The notes under the pieces were generated by a model. It saw only the letters and a program-made list of their open reading frames with translations, was not told the DNA's origin and did no database searches. Shown here piece after piece: positions 47,908 to 60,990 of a DNA stretch of 64,000 nucleotides (the stretch's first letter is position 1; every line of letters starts with the position of its first letter). The position numbers and the translations under genes are program-made. The stretch spans positions 8,310,001-8,374,000 of the forward strand of contig CM059433.1 in the NCBI GenBank assembly GCA_030390025.1, in the 5' to 3' direction. This stretch comes from Squalus acanthias. Lineage: Eukaryota.

Positions 47908-48806
47908 GGGGGAAAAATTCAGTTGGTTGCACCTCCCGTTAGCACCTTAAGAGGGCGCTAATGGGGCGCAAAGCAACTAGCGCCCAGGCGCGGCGATGTT
48001 TGCGCCGCTCGCGAAATTAACTAGACATTTTGCGGCGGTGCTAAACACTACCGCCACAATCTCCTGCGCCGGCAGATCATGACGTCAGTCGAGTGCGCAA
48101 CGCCCCGGTAGCGCCCTGGAGCAGATATTGAGTGGCGCCCCCTGCCTTACCGCCTGCCGCTAGCAACGACAGGTTGAGGGGAGCGGTTTGCAGTCAGGAA
48201 GGGACTGGGGGAGCGCTATTTAAAGGCGACCGCTTCCTGCCATTTATTGTTGGTGACATTTTTGAACCATACATTCTGAGAGAGAGAGAGAGAGAGACAG
48301 ACTTCTGGAGAGATTCAACACTGTGTGAAGGAGTTTTGGGTACTGTGCAGCACTTTGCAGGTTCATTTTGATTTGCCCTTCCTTGTATTGATTTAGAAGA
48401 GACTGTGGGGGCTGCACTCTGAGCTCTTTCCCTGGGTCTCTCCATTGTTCTTTCCAGCAGATTTGATGTACAAGTCTCTCCAGGCTGAGATTCAAGGCTG
48501 CAATGAGCAGGATGTGGATGGAAAGCAAGATCAACCCTCCCCTTTAAGAACTGGCCGGCGCCATTGTGTCTGTGTTCCATTGCTGACTGACATCACATGA
48601 GCTTCGCCAGCGCTCTGAGGTAGCGCCTCGCTCCTCGGCCTTTGCGCCTTAAGACAGATGTGTAGCGCCTGATTTAGCGCTCCAATCACCTCCAGGGGCG
48701 ATAAAAGTCAAGTTTGCAGTCGGAGGCGATAATTAGCGCCAGGCGCTAATCTTTGCGCCCGGACGATAATTGCGCCCCAAACGTGCCGATACTGAATTTC
48801 TCCCCC
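47908..48806. mobile_element. MITE family C, copy 1 (PIF/Harbinger-like)
   Basis: TIR gggggaaaaattcag / ctgaatttctccccc; 3-bp TSD TTT/TTT; highly similar copy at 52800-53676. Confidence 0.8.
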
Positions 48807-48904
48807 TTTATCTTTTATTTTCCCAAAGTCACTTGGATTTTGTTGCAACTTTATTTTCAGTGAAAGTTTCCGTTCCTCGATCATTGCAGTACAGAGAGGA
48901 CACT

Positions 48905-49087
48905 GGGGGTGAAGTTGGCCTCGGGCAGTAGAGCAATGTACGTGGTAGCGAAGCCGCAGCCCGGTTTACACCCTGCCAGATTTTATTTTCCATTTGAAGT
49001 GAATATAAAGAAAATTGGGGGTGTAAAGCAGACTGTCCAACCGCTATCGCCCATTTCACAGCACTGCCCACGGCCAATAGCACCCCC
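48905..49087. mobile_element. Short PIF/Harbinger-like MITE (183 bp)
   Basis: TIR gggggtgaagttggcc / ggccaatagcaccccc (13/16); 3-bp TSD ACT/ACT. Confidence 0.65.
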
Positions 49088-49310
49088 ACTGTCTTTAATT
49101 AACCCTTCAATAATCAACAAGCGTTCTTCCAGTTCAATTACTGTCAATTTAAGAAAACTAGGTGGCCTGGATGTTTCTCTCCCGGAAGTGGATCAGAGTG
49201 GGATTTCGTCTGCCCTCCCAAATCCCATCATTGATCCCAGCCTGGCGTTAACTGTACATGCGGAGCAGGCTCCCGGTGGAATGTACACGATGTAGAGGGA
49301 ACCTGACAAC

Positions 49311-51384
49311 CAATGTTCCCGGCGATCTGGAGGTCCCACGCAGTCCGCTCACCGGCTTTACAGTGGTAATAAGATAAACCCCGGCTTCTAATCTCCACTG
49401 CTAACCATCTTCTTAAACCCCTCTCCCCTGTCTCCCCACCCTCACCTCCGACAACAAGTGTGAGGAGCTCATGGACTTCTTTGTCTCTAAGATTGAGACC
49501 ATCCGTTCAGCTGCCTCTGCCACTTCCCTTCCTTCCCCAAGCCCACCGGGCCAAACTTCCTCTAAGGTTCCCCCTGCCCTAGCCCTGAACTGGCATCTTT
49601 CTCCAGTTTCTCTCCGATCTCCCTTCATGACCTCTCCGCGCTCATCTTGTCCATGAGACCCACTTCCTGCTCCCTCAACCCTATTCTCACCAAACTGCTG
49701 ACCACCTAACTTCCTTTTCTGGCTCCCATGTTAGCTGACGTTGTTAACAGTTCTCCTCAGGTACTGTCCCCCTCTCCCTCAAATCTGCCGCCATCACCCC
49801 TCTCAAAAAAACACTTGAACCCTCCGTCCTTGCAAACAACCGCCCCATCTCCAACCTCCCTTTCCTCTCCAAAGTCCTTGAACGTGTTGTCACCACCCAA
49901 ATCTGTGCCCATCTTTCCCGCAATTCCATGTTTGAATCCCTCCAATCAGGTTTCCGCCCTTGCCACAGTACTGAAACGGCTCTCATCAAAGTCACAAATG
50001 ACATCCTTTGTGACTGTGACAAAGGTAAACTATCCCTCCTCGTCCTTCTTGACTTGTCTGCAACCTTTAACATGGTTGACCACTCCATCCTTCTCCAACG
50101 CCTCTCCACCGTCGTCCAGCTGGGTGGGACTGCGCTCGCCTGGTTCCATTCTTATCTATCTAATCATAGCCAGAGAATCACCTGCAATGGCTTCTCTTCC
50201 CACTGCCGCATCGTTACCTCTGGTGTCCCCCAAGGATCTATCCTTGGCCCCTCCTATTTCTCATCTACATGCTGTCCCTTGGTGGCATCATCCGAAAACA
50301 CAGCCTCAGTTTCCACATGTACGCTGACGACACCCAGCTCTACCTCACCACCACTTCTCTCGAACCCTCCACGGTCTCTAAATTGTCAGACTGCTTGTCC
50401 GACATACAGTTCTGGATGAGCAAAAATTTTCTCCAATTAAATATTGGGAAGACTGAAGCCATTGTTTTCGGTCCCCGCCACAAACCCCGTTCCCTAGCCA
50501 CTGACTCCATCCCTCTCCCTAACATCTGTCTGAGGCTGAACCACACTGTTCGCAACCTTGGTGTCATATTTGACCCTGAACTCAGCTTCCGACCACATAT
50601 CCGCAGCATAACAAAGACCGCCTATTTCCACCTCCGTAACATCACCCGTCTCCGCCCTTGCCTCAGCTCATCCGCTGCTGAAACCCTCATCCATGCCTTT
50701 GTTACCTCTAGACTTGACTATTCCAATGCACTCCTGGCTGGCCTCCCACATTCTACCTGACATAAACTTGAGGTCATCCAAAACTCGGCTGCCCGTGTCC
50801 TAACTCACACCAAGTCCTGTTCACCCATCACCCCTGTGCTCGCTGACCTACATTGGCTCCCGGTTAAGCAACGCCTCAATTTCAAAATTCTCATCCTTGT
50901 TTTCAAATCCCTCCATGGCCTTGTCCCTTCCTATCTCTGTAATCTGCTCCAGCCCCACAACTCTGCACCCCCCCGCCCCCGAGATATCTGCGCTCCTCTA
51001 ATTCTGCCATCTTGAGCATCCCTGATTATAATCGCTCAGCCATTTGTGGCCGTGCCTTCTGTTGCCTGGGCCCTAAGCTCTGGAATTCCCTGCCTGAACC
51101 ACTCCGCCTCGCTACCTCTCTCTCCTCCTTTAAGACGCTCCTTAAAACCTACCTCTTTGACCAAGCTTTTGGTCACCTGCCCTAATTTCTCCTTATGTGG
51201 CTCGGTGTCGAATTTTTTTGTCTTATAACACTCCTGTGAAGGGCCTTGGGATGTTTTACTACGTTAAAGGCGCTATTTAAATACAAGTTGTTGTTGTAAT
51301 AACTGAGCATGCACGAAAAACTGAATGGGCCGCGCAGCCAGTTAAAGGGCCCGTGCACCTAAAAAAAAATTACGGGGAACATTG
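49311..51384. mobile_element. hAT-like MITE split by an L2 insertion
   Basis: TIR caatgttccc / gggaacattg; perfect 8-bp TSD ctgacaac (49303, 51385); right half resembles 37690-37757. Confidence 0.8.
49373..51295 (+). mobile_element. L2 LINE, 5'-truncated, decayed RT
   Basis: QSGFRPCHSTETAL, GVPQGSILGP, YADDTQLY, AFVTSRLDY; same family as 1660-4781; TSD gtaataa (49366, 51296). Confidence 0.92.
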
Positions 51385-52035
51385 CTGACAACTGGCAGGG
51401 AAGAAAATGTTGTGCTGCAGCAGGGCGCTCGCTGTAGTATTGAAATAGCACATCTGCTGTTAAAGGGATCAGAAGCCCCTTAAAGGCATCACGAAATTTA
51501 CTCTTGGATCACCCAGAATGAGCCCTTCTAGAGAATAAGCCAGAGGTTGGAGCAGATTAGCGGGCCAGAGGTGGTCAAAACCAGGTCCCCGTCCCTCCTT
51601 TCATGGATTTCTCCTGCCTCTCGCAGCAACAGTCCCTCTACTTCTTTCTCAGTACCGGTCGCTCTGTGGGTCAGCAGTACTGAGTTGGGAAGATCAGGGA
51701 AATTGGCCGAAGACCCAAGCCTCACCCCTTTCACCGTCATTCAAATGTGGTGGGGCAAAGGGTGGACGGCTCACATCCGTTCCAGTGGGGAGCAGGAAAA
51801 TTTGGGAGGCTAGATTTGGGGCAGGAATCTGACAGTAGGCCCCCGCCAGCCCATTTTGCTTGGTATACCACTCCTAGAACACCCTAAAGAGGACATACCC
51901 TAGAGAAAAGCTTATAAATATATAATTTGTCCTAGATAACATACTGTGGTTCACATTAGCACTTTCAGTAACACAATACATATTGAGAAGACCATCATCG
52001 CACAGACAGATTTCCTTCCAACCTTCTGCAGCTTA

Positions 52036-52507
52036 AAAAAGACAAAAAAGACTTGCATTTCTATAGCGCCTTTCATGACCACCGGATGTGCCAAAGCGCT
52101 TTACAGCCAATGAAATGCTTTTTGAAGTGTAGTCTCTGTTGTAATGTAGGAAATGCGGCAGCCAATTTGCACACAGCAAGCTCCCACAAACAGCAGTGTG
52201 ATAATGACCAGATAATCTGTTATTTTGATTGAGGGATAAATATTGGCTAGGAAACCGGGGATAGCTCCCCTGCTCTTCTTTGAAATAGTGCCCATGGGAT
52301 CTTTTACGTCCACCTGAGAGAGCAGACGGGGCCTCGGTTTAACGTCTCATCCGAAAGACAGCACCTCCGACAGTGCAGCACTCCCTCAGCACGGCACTGG
52401 GAGTGTCAGCCTAGATTTTTGTGCTCAAGTCTCTGGAGTGGGGACTGTGAACCCACAACCTTCTGACTCAGCAACAAGGGTGCTACCAACTGAACCACAG
52501 CTGACAC
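52036..52507 (-). mobile_element. DeuSINE (SacSINE1-like), full length
   Basis: Reverse complement of 555-1030. Confidence 0.8.
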
Positions 52508-52799
52508 TTTAGGATAGCAAATAAGGATTAGTGCTTTCCAAGGCAGTGACACACCAAGAGACTAGGATGATGTCGTAACCATAAGACCTCAAGGAGCTTC
52601 TCAACATGTGAATCATAACTTGTTTTGTTAAAGTCATTATAGCTTCTCTACGGATTACAAAGAATAACACAAATAGAAGAGTTTTGCCAGGAGGTGCCCA
52701 TGCTGGGGTTGAGAGGTTAGTGATAAATCAATCAAAAAATGTCACCAGAGCATTTTGATGTGTTCCGACCTTATACATACCACAACCTATATATATCAT

Positions 52800-53676
52800 G
52801 GGGGAAAAATTCGGTTGCTTTGCGCCTCCCGTTAGTGCCCTAAGAGGGCGCTAATGGGGCGCAAAGCAACTAGCGCCCGGGCGCGGCGATGTCTGCACTG
52901 CTCGCGAAATTGACCAGACATTTTGCGGCGGCGCTAAACACTACCACCACGATCTCCTGCGCCCGCAGATCGTGTCGTCAGTCGAGCTTTCAACGCCCCG
53001 GTAGCACCCCGGACTGGATATTGAGTGGCGCCCCCTGCCTTACTGCCTGCCGCTAGCAACGACAGGTTTTGCAGTCGGGAAGGGACTGGGGGAGCGCTAT
53101 TTAAAGGCGACCGCTTCCTGCCTTTTTTTTGTCGGCGACATTTTTGCACCACGCATTCTGAGAGAGAGAGACTTCTGGAGAGATTCAACGCTGTGTGAAG
53201 GAGTTTTGGGTACTGAGCAGCACTTTGCAGGTTCATTTTGATTTGACCTTCCTTGCATCGATTTAGAAGAGACTTTGGGGGCTGCACTCTGAGCTCTTTT
53301 CCTGGGCCTCTCCATTGTTCTTTCCAGCAGATTTGATGTACAGGTCTCTCCAGGCCGAGATTCAAGGCTGCAATGAGCAGGGTGTGGATGGAGAGCAAGA
53401 TTGACCCTCCCCTTTAAGAACTGTCTGGCGCCAGTGTGTCTGTGTTCCATTGCTGACTGACATCACATGAGCTTTGCCAGCGCTCTGAGTTAGCGCCTCA
53501 TTCCTTGGCCTTTGCGCTTTAAGACAGGTGTGTAACGCCTGATTTAGCGCTCCAATCACCTCCAGGGGCGATAGAAGCCAAGTTTACAGTCGGAGGCGAT
53601 AATTAGCGCCAGGCGCTAAACTTTGCGCCCGGCCGATAATTGCGCCCCAAGCGGGGCGATACCAAATTTCCCCCCC
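52800..53676. mobile_element. MITE family C, copy 2
   Basis: TIR gggggaaaaattcgg / ccaaatttccccccc; flanks cat/tat; colinear with 47908-48806. Confidence 0.8.
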
Positions 53677-53684
53677 TATGTATT

Positions 53685-53731
53685 TTATACACATACATAT
53701 ATATATACACACATATATCTATATATATATT
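53685..53731. repeat. Imperfect (TA/CA)n microsatellite
   Basis: Directly visible. Confidence 0.8.
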
Positions 53732-53982
53732 ATGCTTTCTATTTTGTTGAATGGTTTGTTCTTCATATCTCTATTTATATTTGTAAGTTAATATATTAGT
53801 TGTTTTGCCTGTCCAATCTGATCTGTGTAATATCCGTCAATCTGAAGTAAGTGTAGTAAAGTAGTACAATACCATATTTTTATGGTAAGCATAATATTGA
53901 AAAAACAGATGTATGAATATTTAGGTCACACAATTCTGTAGTTGAAAATTACAGAAAAAAGCACTGCTTCTGATTTTTATTT

Positions 53983-54652
53983 TATTCGTTTATGGGATGT
54001 GGGCGTCGCTGGCAAGGTCAGCATTTATTGCCCATCCCTAGTTGCCCTTGAGAAGGTGGTGGTGAGCCACCTTCTTGAACCGCTGCAATCCGTGTGGTGA
54101 AGGTGCTCCCACAGTGCTGTTAGGGAGGGAATTCCAGGATTTTGACCCAGCGACGATGAAGGATCGGCGATATACTTCCAAGTCAGGATGGTGTGTGACT
54201 TGGAGGGGAACCTGGAGGTGGTGCTGTTCCCATGCGCCTGCTGCCCTTGTCCTTCTAGGTGGTAGAGGTCGCGAGTTTGGGAAGTGCTGCCGAAGAAGCC
54301 TTGGCGAGTTGCTGCAGTGCATCTTGTAGATGCTATACACTGCAGCCACGGTACGCTGGTGGTGGAGGGAATGAATGTTTAAGGTGGTGGATGAGGTGCC
54401 AATCAAGCGGGCTGCTTTGTCCTGGATGGTGTCGAGCTTCTTGAGTGTTGTTGGAGCTGCACTCATCCAGGCAAGTGGAGAATATTCCATCACACCCCTG
54501 ACTTGAGCCTTGTAGATGGTGGAAAGGTTTTGGGGAGTCAGGAGGTGAGACACTCGCCGCAGAATACCCAGCCTCTGACCTGCTCTTGTTGCCACAGTAT
54601 TTATGTGGCTGGTCCAGTTAAGTATCTGGTCAATGGTGACCTCTCAGGATGT
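53983..54652 (-). mobile_element. CR1-Zenon-like LINE 3' fragment
   Basis: ORF 54038-54595: TIYKAQVRGVMEYSPLAWMSAAPTTLKKLDTIQDKAARLIG; shared 3' tail. Confidence 0.78.
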
Positions 54653-55996
54653 CACCATTGATAAATGAATTATATGCATGTACAATGACAAGCACCATTT
54701 TAGTTGTCCTACGCACCCTAATGACTTATACCACTTACAATTATTTAATCTATGTAGTAGCAGCCACTTTTTAGTGAAATTAATTTTATTGCCATTTTCT
54801 ATCTGTCCATGAATTACACAGCAGTTAGCTCCACTGATGACAGGGACCACCGTGAGGCTGTACCAGTCCAGCCACTCTGTTTCAGAACTCACACACCACC
54901 AGTGTTCTGGCCAGTGTCCCACGGAATAAAATCTGCAAATTTCTATCTAAAAATAAATCAAAGTGCAAGAATAGTAGAATCTACACAGGCGTATCCCAAG
55001 AACAATAAACTCCTGCTGGCAGCCACCATGAAGTACATAAGGGCTGCTCACATATTATTTTGAACAATAAAAACGCCAGCCGTCAGATCAAGTACTCTCC
55101 AATTTGCCAAACTTTCCCTGAGGTGGTTAAAGAGTGAAGCCCATGCGAGGGTAGATTGTATTTCGGACCATGGCAGAAACAGACTTGGTCAGTCGCCTTT
55201 CATTCTGTGCATTCTTACATTCTCAGGTTTCACTATGGGGCTTGATATAAACACACTTTTCAGATTTTCCTGGAAATTGTCCCCTACAACTTTATCATGC
55301 TGGTCAGCTGGGTGACTGGCTCGTGTAGAAGCCCATTGCACAGTTTAACAGCCTTCAAATCAAGCTGCTGAGAAATTCACACTCACCTGCAGGGTGCCCA
55401 ATATGGAGCAGACACATCCTCCATGCAGAGACCTAGCTCACTTACCCAAGTCCAGGTAGCTTAGGTGCAAAGTGGCAGAATAACAGCTTAGGAATTCTGC
55501 ATTGGGCGACTGTTATAGTTTAACCAGCTAAAACCACGGGGCATATCAGTGCAGAGTACGAGTACGTTTCCCACTTCTATGTCCTGCTCAGACCACCCTC
55601 ACCACTGGGGGGCATTGGCTTGAAAAGTTCTTTGGTGTGCGTGGGAAGAATTCCAGCCCCCCAGCAACAGGACACCCCTCCGGGATTCCATTCGTGGACC
55701 AGGCAGGCTGGCGAATGAGTAACAATGCCCTGAAGTAATGCCGACCTGTCTGGCTCAGGTATCAGATCGCCATGCCTACTACAGAGGGGTGACTTGGTTG
55801 GGAGTTTCCATCGTCAGGCATGTCATCTTGATGCGATCTCAATCACAAAGAGATCCGACATGAATCTCGCCGCACCCGCGCCCCCCCCCCCCGCAACCCC
55901 TCGTCTAAAGGGGTTAGTTCACAAGTTGGTTGTCAGACTATTCAGCACGAGTGTGAGCTCTCACTCGATGAACAATAGGTAGCAAGAGCTCCTCAT

Positions 55997-56955
55997 AAAG
56001 AAAGAAAAGACTTGCATTTCTATGATGTGGAGATGCCAGTGTTGGACTGGGGTGGACATGGGTTCATGTCACGCTACCTGACGTAGAGTCATCCAGACTC
56101 GAGTCGTTGTTGGCTTGTTCACAGATGTGATTTCCATTTTTTTTAAAAGTAAAAAGTTTAAAGTTTATGGTTTTCCATACAGACTGCAGTATTTGACACA
56201 TTAGACCCCCTGTGACCCCACCTCATTGTCGTAGTTGTATTTTGCTATGTCTTTGATATAATGCCTTCCTGACTGACCTGATTATTTCTCTGCCGAGGTG
56301 TGATAAAAGGCAGTCAGAAAGATTAACTGTAGTCGTCTGACATTGTATGCTACACAGGCATTGTTCTCTGTCTATATATGCTTTGCCGATTCGTATTCCT
56401 TCACTTCACCTGACGAAGGGGCAGCAGCTCCGAAAGATTGTGATTTCAAATAAAACTGTTGGACTATAACCTGGTGTTGTGCGACTTCTCACTTTTGCAT
56501 TTCTATAGCGCTTTTCACGACCACCGGACGTCTCAAAGCGCTTTACAGCCAACAAAGTACTTTTGAAGTGGAGTCACTGTTGGAATGTGGGAAACGCGGC
56601 AGCCAATTTGCACACAGCAAGCTCCCACAAACAGCAATGTGATAATGACCAGATATTCTGTTTTTGTTATGTTGGTTGAGGGATAAATATTGGCCAGGAC
56701 ACCGGGGATAACTCCCCTGCTCTTCTTCGAAATAGCGCCTTGGGGATCTTTTACGTCCACCTGAGAGAACAGACGGGGCCTCGGTTTAACGTCTCATCCG
56801 AAAGACGGCACCTCCGACAGTGTAGCACTCCCCCAGCACTGCACTGGAGTGTCAGCCTAGCTTTATGCGCTTCAAGTCCCTGGAGTGGGGGCTGTGAACC
56901 CACAACCTTCTGACTCAGAGGCGAGGGTGCTACCCACTGAGCCACAGCTGACACT
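55997..56955 (-). mobile_element. DeuSINE with a Penelope-like insertion in its 3' tail
   Basis: SINE body at 56495-56955 and tail end at 55997-56023. Confidence 0.78.
56024..56494 (+). mobile_element. Penelope-like element fragment (second family), 471 bp
   Basis: 12-bp TSD ttgcatttctat (56012, 56495); hammerhead-like tcac-ctgacga-aggggc-agca-gctcc-gaaa-gatt-gtga near 56406-56442. Confidence 0.7.
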
Positions 56956-57399
56956 CATGAGTGTACAGTGAGCAGCATAACTCACTATTAGATCCCCCTG
57001 ACGACAGCATGGATTTACACAATATCTCATTGAATGGTGGTTCCACCAGTTGGAGATGCAGAGCTGTTAACCCCTCTGCAACCCAATTATGGTAGACACC
57101 TAACGCAGGCATATTCTTCAACTTGGTCTTCAGGCAATGCCTTTTAGCAACTGACGTCCCAAGTTTCAGAGTTCCATCCGTGGCTATCCTTTCAGTGTGG
57201 TAGAAGATGTTGTGTGAGCCAGCATGATGCTCTGGACCTTCAAGTCCAATACCATGTTCCAAGCTTGTTCATCACCAGCTGCTTAATCCAGCTCCTCATA
57301 TGAGGGTTATTAGAAAAGGCACATATCCATCAAAAGGCTTGACTCCTTCAGAGGATAGAGACCCCACCTTTCTTGCAGCCACTCCGCCCAATAATATTG

Positions 57400-57675
57400 C
57401 GCATCTCCGATTTTAATCGCTCCACCATTGGCGGCCGTGTCTTCAGCTGCCTTGGCCCTAAGCTCTGGAATTCCCTCCCTAAACCTCTCCGCCTCTCTTT
57501 CCTCCTTTAAGATGCTCCTTAAAACCTACCTCTTTGACCGAGCTTTTGGTCACCTGCCTTAATATCTCCTTTATGTGGCTCAGTGTCAAATTTTGTTTGA
57601 TCACGCTCCTGTGAAGTGCCTTGGGACGTTTTACTATGTTAAAGGCGCTATATAAATGCAAGTTGTTGTTGTTAT
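57400..57675 (+). mobile_element. L2 LINE 3' end fragment
   Basis: ggcggccgtgtcttcagc...aagctctggaattccctccc...aaaggcgctatataaatgcaagttgttgttgtt. Confidence 0.85.
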
Positions 57676-57734
57676 TGATCCTAAATCATAGTGGATTTTG
57701 TCTCTTCACTATCACGATCGTGGCTACATGTAGC

Positions 57735-59336
57735 TCAGTAAATTGATAAAGAGGAGGTACTCGAAAGGCTGGCTGTGCTTAAAGTAGATAAGTCACCAGG
57801 ACCAGTTGGGATGCATCCTAGGATGCTGAGGGAAGTAAAGGTAGAAATTGCGGAGGTACTGGCCATAATTTTCCAATCCTCGTTAGATACAGTGGTGGTG
57901 CCAGAGGACTGGAGAATGGCAAATGATACACCCTCGTTCAAAAAAGGGTGTAAGGATAAACTCAGCAACTACAGACCAGTCAGTTTAACCTCGGTAGGAG
58001 GGAAGCTTTTGGAAACGATAATCCGGGACAAAATTAACAGTCACTTGGATAAGTGTGGATTAATTAAGGAATGCCAGCATGGATTTGTTAAAGGCAAATC
58101 GGATTTAACTAACATCATTGAGTTTTTTGATGAGGTAACAGAGAGGGTTGATGAGGGCAATGCGGTTGACGTGGTGTACATGGACCTCCAAAAGGCATTT
58201 GATAAAGTGCCACATAATAGGCTTGCCAGCAAAGTTGAAGCCCATGGAATAAAAGGGACAGTGGCAGCATGGATACGAAATTGGCTAAGTGACAGGAAAC
58301 AGAGAGTAGTGGCAAACGGTTGTTTTTCGGACTGGAGGAAGGTACACAGTGGTGTTCCCCAGGGGTCGGTTCTGGGACCACTGATTTTCTTGATATATAT
58401 CAATGACTTGGATTTGGGTGCACAGGGCACAATTTCAAAATTTGCAAATGACACAAAACTTGGAAGTATAGTGAACAGTGATGTGGATAGTGATAGACTT
58501 CAGGAGGACATAGACAGGCTGGTGGAATGGGCAGACACGTGGCAGATGACATATAATGCAAAAAAGTGCGAAGTGATACATTTTGGTAGGAAGAACGAGG
58601 AGAGGAAATATAAACTAAAGGGTACAATTCTAAAGGGGGTGCATGAACAGAGAGACTTGGGGTATATGTGCACAAATTGTTGAAGGTGGCAGGGCAGGTT
58701 GAGAATGTGGTTTAAAAAGCATACGGTATCCTGGGCTTCATCAACAAAAGCAAGGAAGTTATGATGAACCTTTATAAAACACTGGACCGGCCTCAACTGG
58801 AGTAGTGTGTCCAATTCTGGGCACCACACTTTAGGAAGGATGTGAAGGCCTTAGAGAGGGTGCAGAAAAAGATTTGCAAGAATGGTTCCAGGGATGAGGG
58901 ACTTCAGTTACGTGGATAGACTGGAGAAGCTGGGGTTGGTCTCCTTAGAGCAGTGAAGGTTGAGAGGAGATTTGATAGAGGTGTTCAAAATCATGAGTGG
59001 TCTGGACAGAGTAGATCGAGAGAAACTGTTCCCATTGGCGGAAGGGTCGAGAACCAGAGGACGCAGATTTAAGGTGATTGGCAGAAGAACCAAAGGCGAC
59101 ATGAGGAAAAACTTTTTTACGCAGCGAGTGGTTAGGATCTGGAATGCACTGCCTGAAAGGGTGGTGGAGGCAGATTAAATCGTGGCTTTCAAAAGAGAAT
59201 TTGATAAGTACCTGAAGGAAAAAAATATTGCAGGGCTACGGGGAAAGGACGGGGGAGTGAGACTAGCTGAAGTGCTCTTGCAGAGAGCCGGCACGGGCCG
59301 AATGGCCTCCTTCTGTGCTGTAACCATTCTATGATT
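57735..59336 (+). mobile_element. CR1 LINE, 5'-truncated, whole RT domain, decayed
   Basis: KSPGP.GMHPRMLRE, NYRPVSLTS, QHGF, YMDLQKAFDKVPH, SGVPQGSVLGP, FANDTKL (catalytic D to N); frameshifts downstream. Confidence 0.93.
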
Positions 59337-59555
59337 TAACAGCAAAGCTTTCTGCTCCTGATACTTGTCACTTCCTTTCAACAGGGAGTTTGGATAGATC
59401 ATTCACAGTGTGACAGAGAAGCCTAAATATGTCTCAAAAGGATAGTAATCAATATTCTTCAGTGTACACCTGATCAGTGCCATCAATTATGAAGCATTTA
59501 AACCTACCTCCCTTTTACCTTTACAAATTAATACTTAAAAATGGATAAAAACACA

Positions 59556-60318
59556 TTAGCCCATATTTTCCGATGCCTACGGGTGTGTACGAGCTGTGTA
59601 CACACCCGTAGGGACATCAGAAATGCCGGTTTCAGGCATGTGAAGCGCATGCACTGAAAACCGTCATTTCCGATCTGTCAGGAATGCTCTTGACAGATCG
59701 GACGCCTGCCCTGGAGAAGGGCCTCTGCGGGCGGAGAGTTCCGCTTTCTGGAGAACCTCCGCCCGCTGAAAACCCTTAAAAATCTTACGCCTGATAAAAG
59801 CCTGTGTAAGGCCTGTTTTACCAGCATAAGAGTTGAAAAAAGTTTTTAAAAAAATTTTTTGCACTCATTTATAATTTAAAAATACTTTTAAAAATGGTAA
59901 GTTTATTTTTAGCCCCGTAAAAAACTTTAATTATTTTTTTCAAAAAATTAAATTTTTGTTTAAAATATTTAATATATTGTAATTTCAACTAATTTTAAAA
60001 ATGTGATTTAAAAAAATATATATTTAATGTTTTACAGTGTTTTTGGGGTGATCTCCATTCATATATTTGCCAGGTCTATCTGTCAAGTGTATGAAGGGAG
60101 ATTCCCTTCTTCTATTGGCTCCCCATGGCCCACGTGATCCCAGGGACGCTTGTGAACCGCCTGCGCCCCTGGGATACGTGGGCCCTGCGCATTTTGAGTT
60201 GGAGAGGCCCAGGATCGGAAGTGTCCGGACCTCGGGAGCCCTCGGGTAAGGGCGTAGATTTTTTCCAGATCGGAGGCCTCCGCACGCAGGAAGCCTCTGA
60301 TCGGAAAATACAGCCCAT
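59556..60318 (+). mobile_element. MITE family A, copy 2
   Basis: Colinear with 24188-24950; degenerate TIR. Confidence 0.75.
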
Positions 60319-60838
60319 TATCTTTCTTGGTAGTCAGAAGTCAAATCTGCTGAACTGCCAAAACCTTTGTAAGCCGCAAGTGGACCCATTCATTCCATGT
60401 TTTGCTGTCCCTCAACAACCAGAGGATCAAATGCCCATGATTTTGAACATTTTCTCTTTTTATTGATCTTAATGCTTGCCGTGGAACAAAATCAGAAGCG
60501 CCACATAATTCCTGGGTTTCTTTTTAAAGTGCTTTCACCAGTTTTCTTCCCTTTATTTTTTAAAGTCATGAAGGCATTGATTTCGTGCCGGGGTGCAGCT
60601 CCTCAGGTGGCAGTTGCAATTTGGTATCTTGCCCAAAATGCCATTATTCACGTGTGAACCTTGATAGTGATCTTTGGAGGCTACCCCACTGTGGGCGTGT
60701 CTCACAGCGGAGCTCAATCCTTCCTCAGCTGAAGTAAACACACAATAGGAGTCAAAGGGTAGCAACCAGGAGCGGCACCCTGGTTGATTTTCCTTTCTCT
60801 AACTCAGGTACCCACCACCAAGTACCAAATGTAGTTAT

Positions 60839-60990
60839 TCATAGGAAGATAGGAACAGGAGGAGGCCATTCAGCCCCTCGAGCCTGTTCCGCCATTCAAT
60901 GAGATCATGGCTGATCTGTGCCTCAACTCCATCCACCCGCCTTGGTTCCTTACCCCCTTAATACCCTTGCCGAACAAGAATCTATCAATC
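60839..60990 (-). mobile_element. CR1 3' end fragment
   Basis: ataggaacaggaggaggccattcagcccctcgagcctgttccgccattcaatgagatcatggctg. Confidence 0.75.

Noticed and set aside
48194..48580. Conserved small protein (similar ORF at 53097-53450)
   Set aside because: Similarity reflects two copies of one MITE; the frames diverge at the GA tract and there is no recognisable domain
57775..58683. Active CR1 reverse transcriptase
   Set aside because: 5'-truncated, FADD changed to FAND, frameshifts downstream
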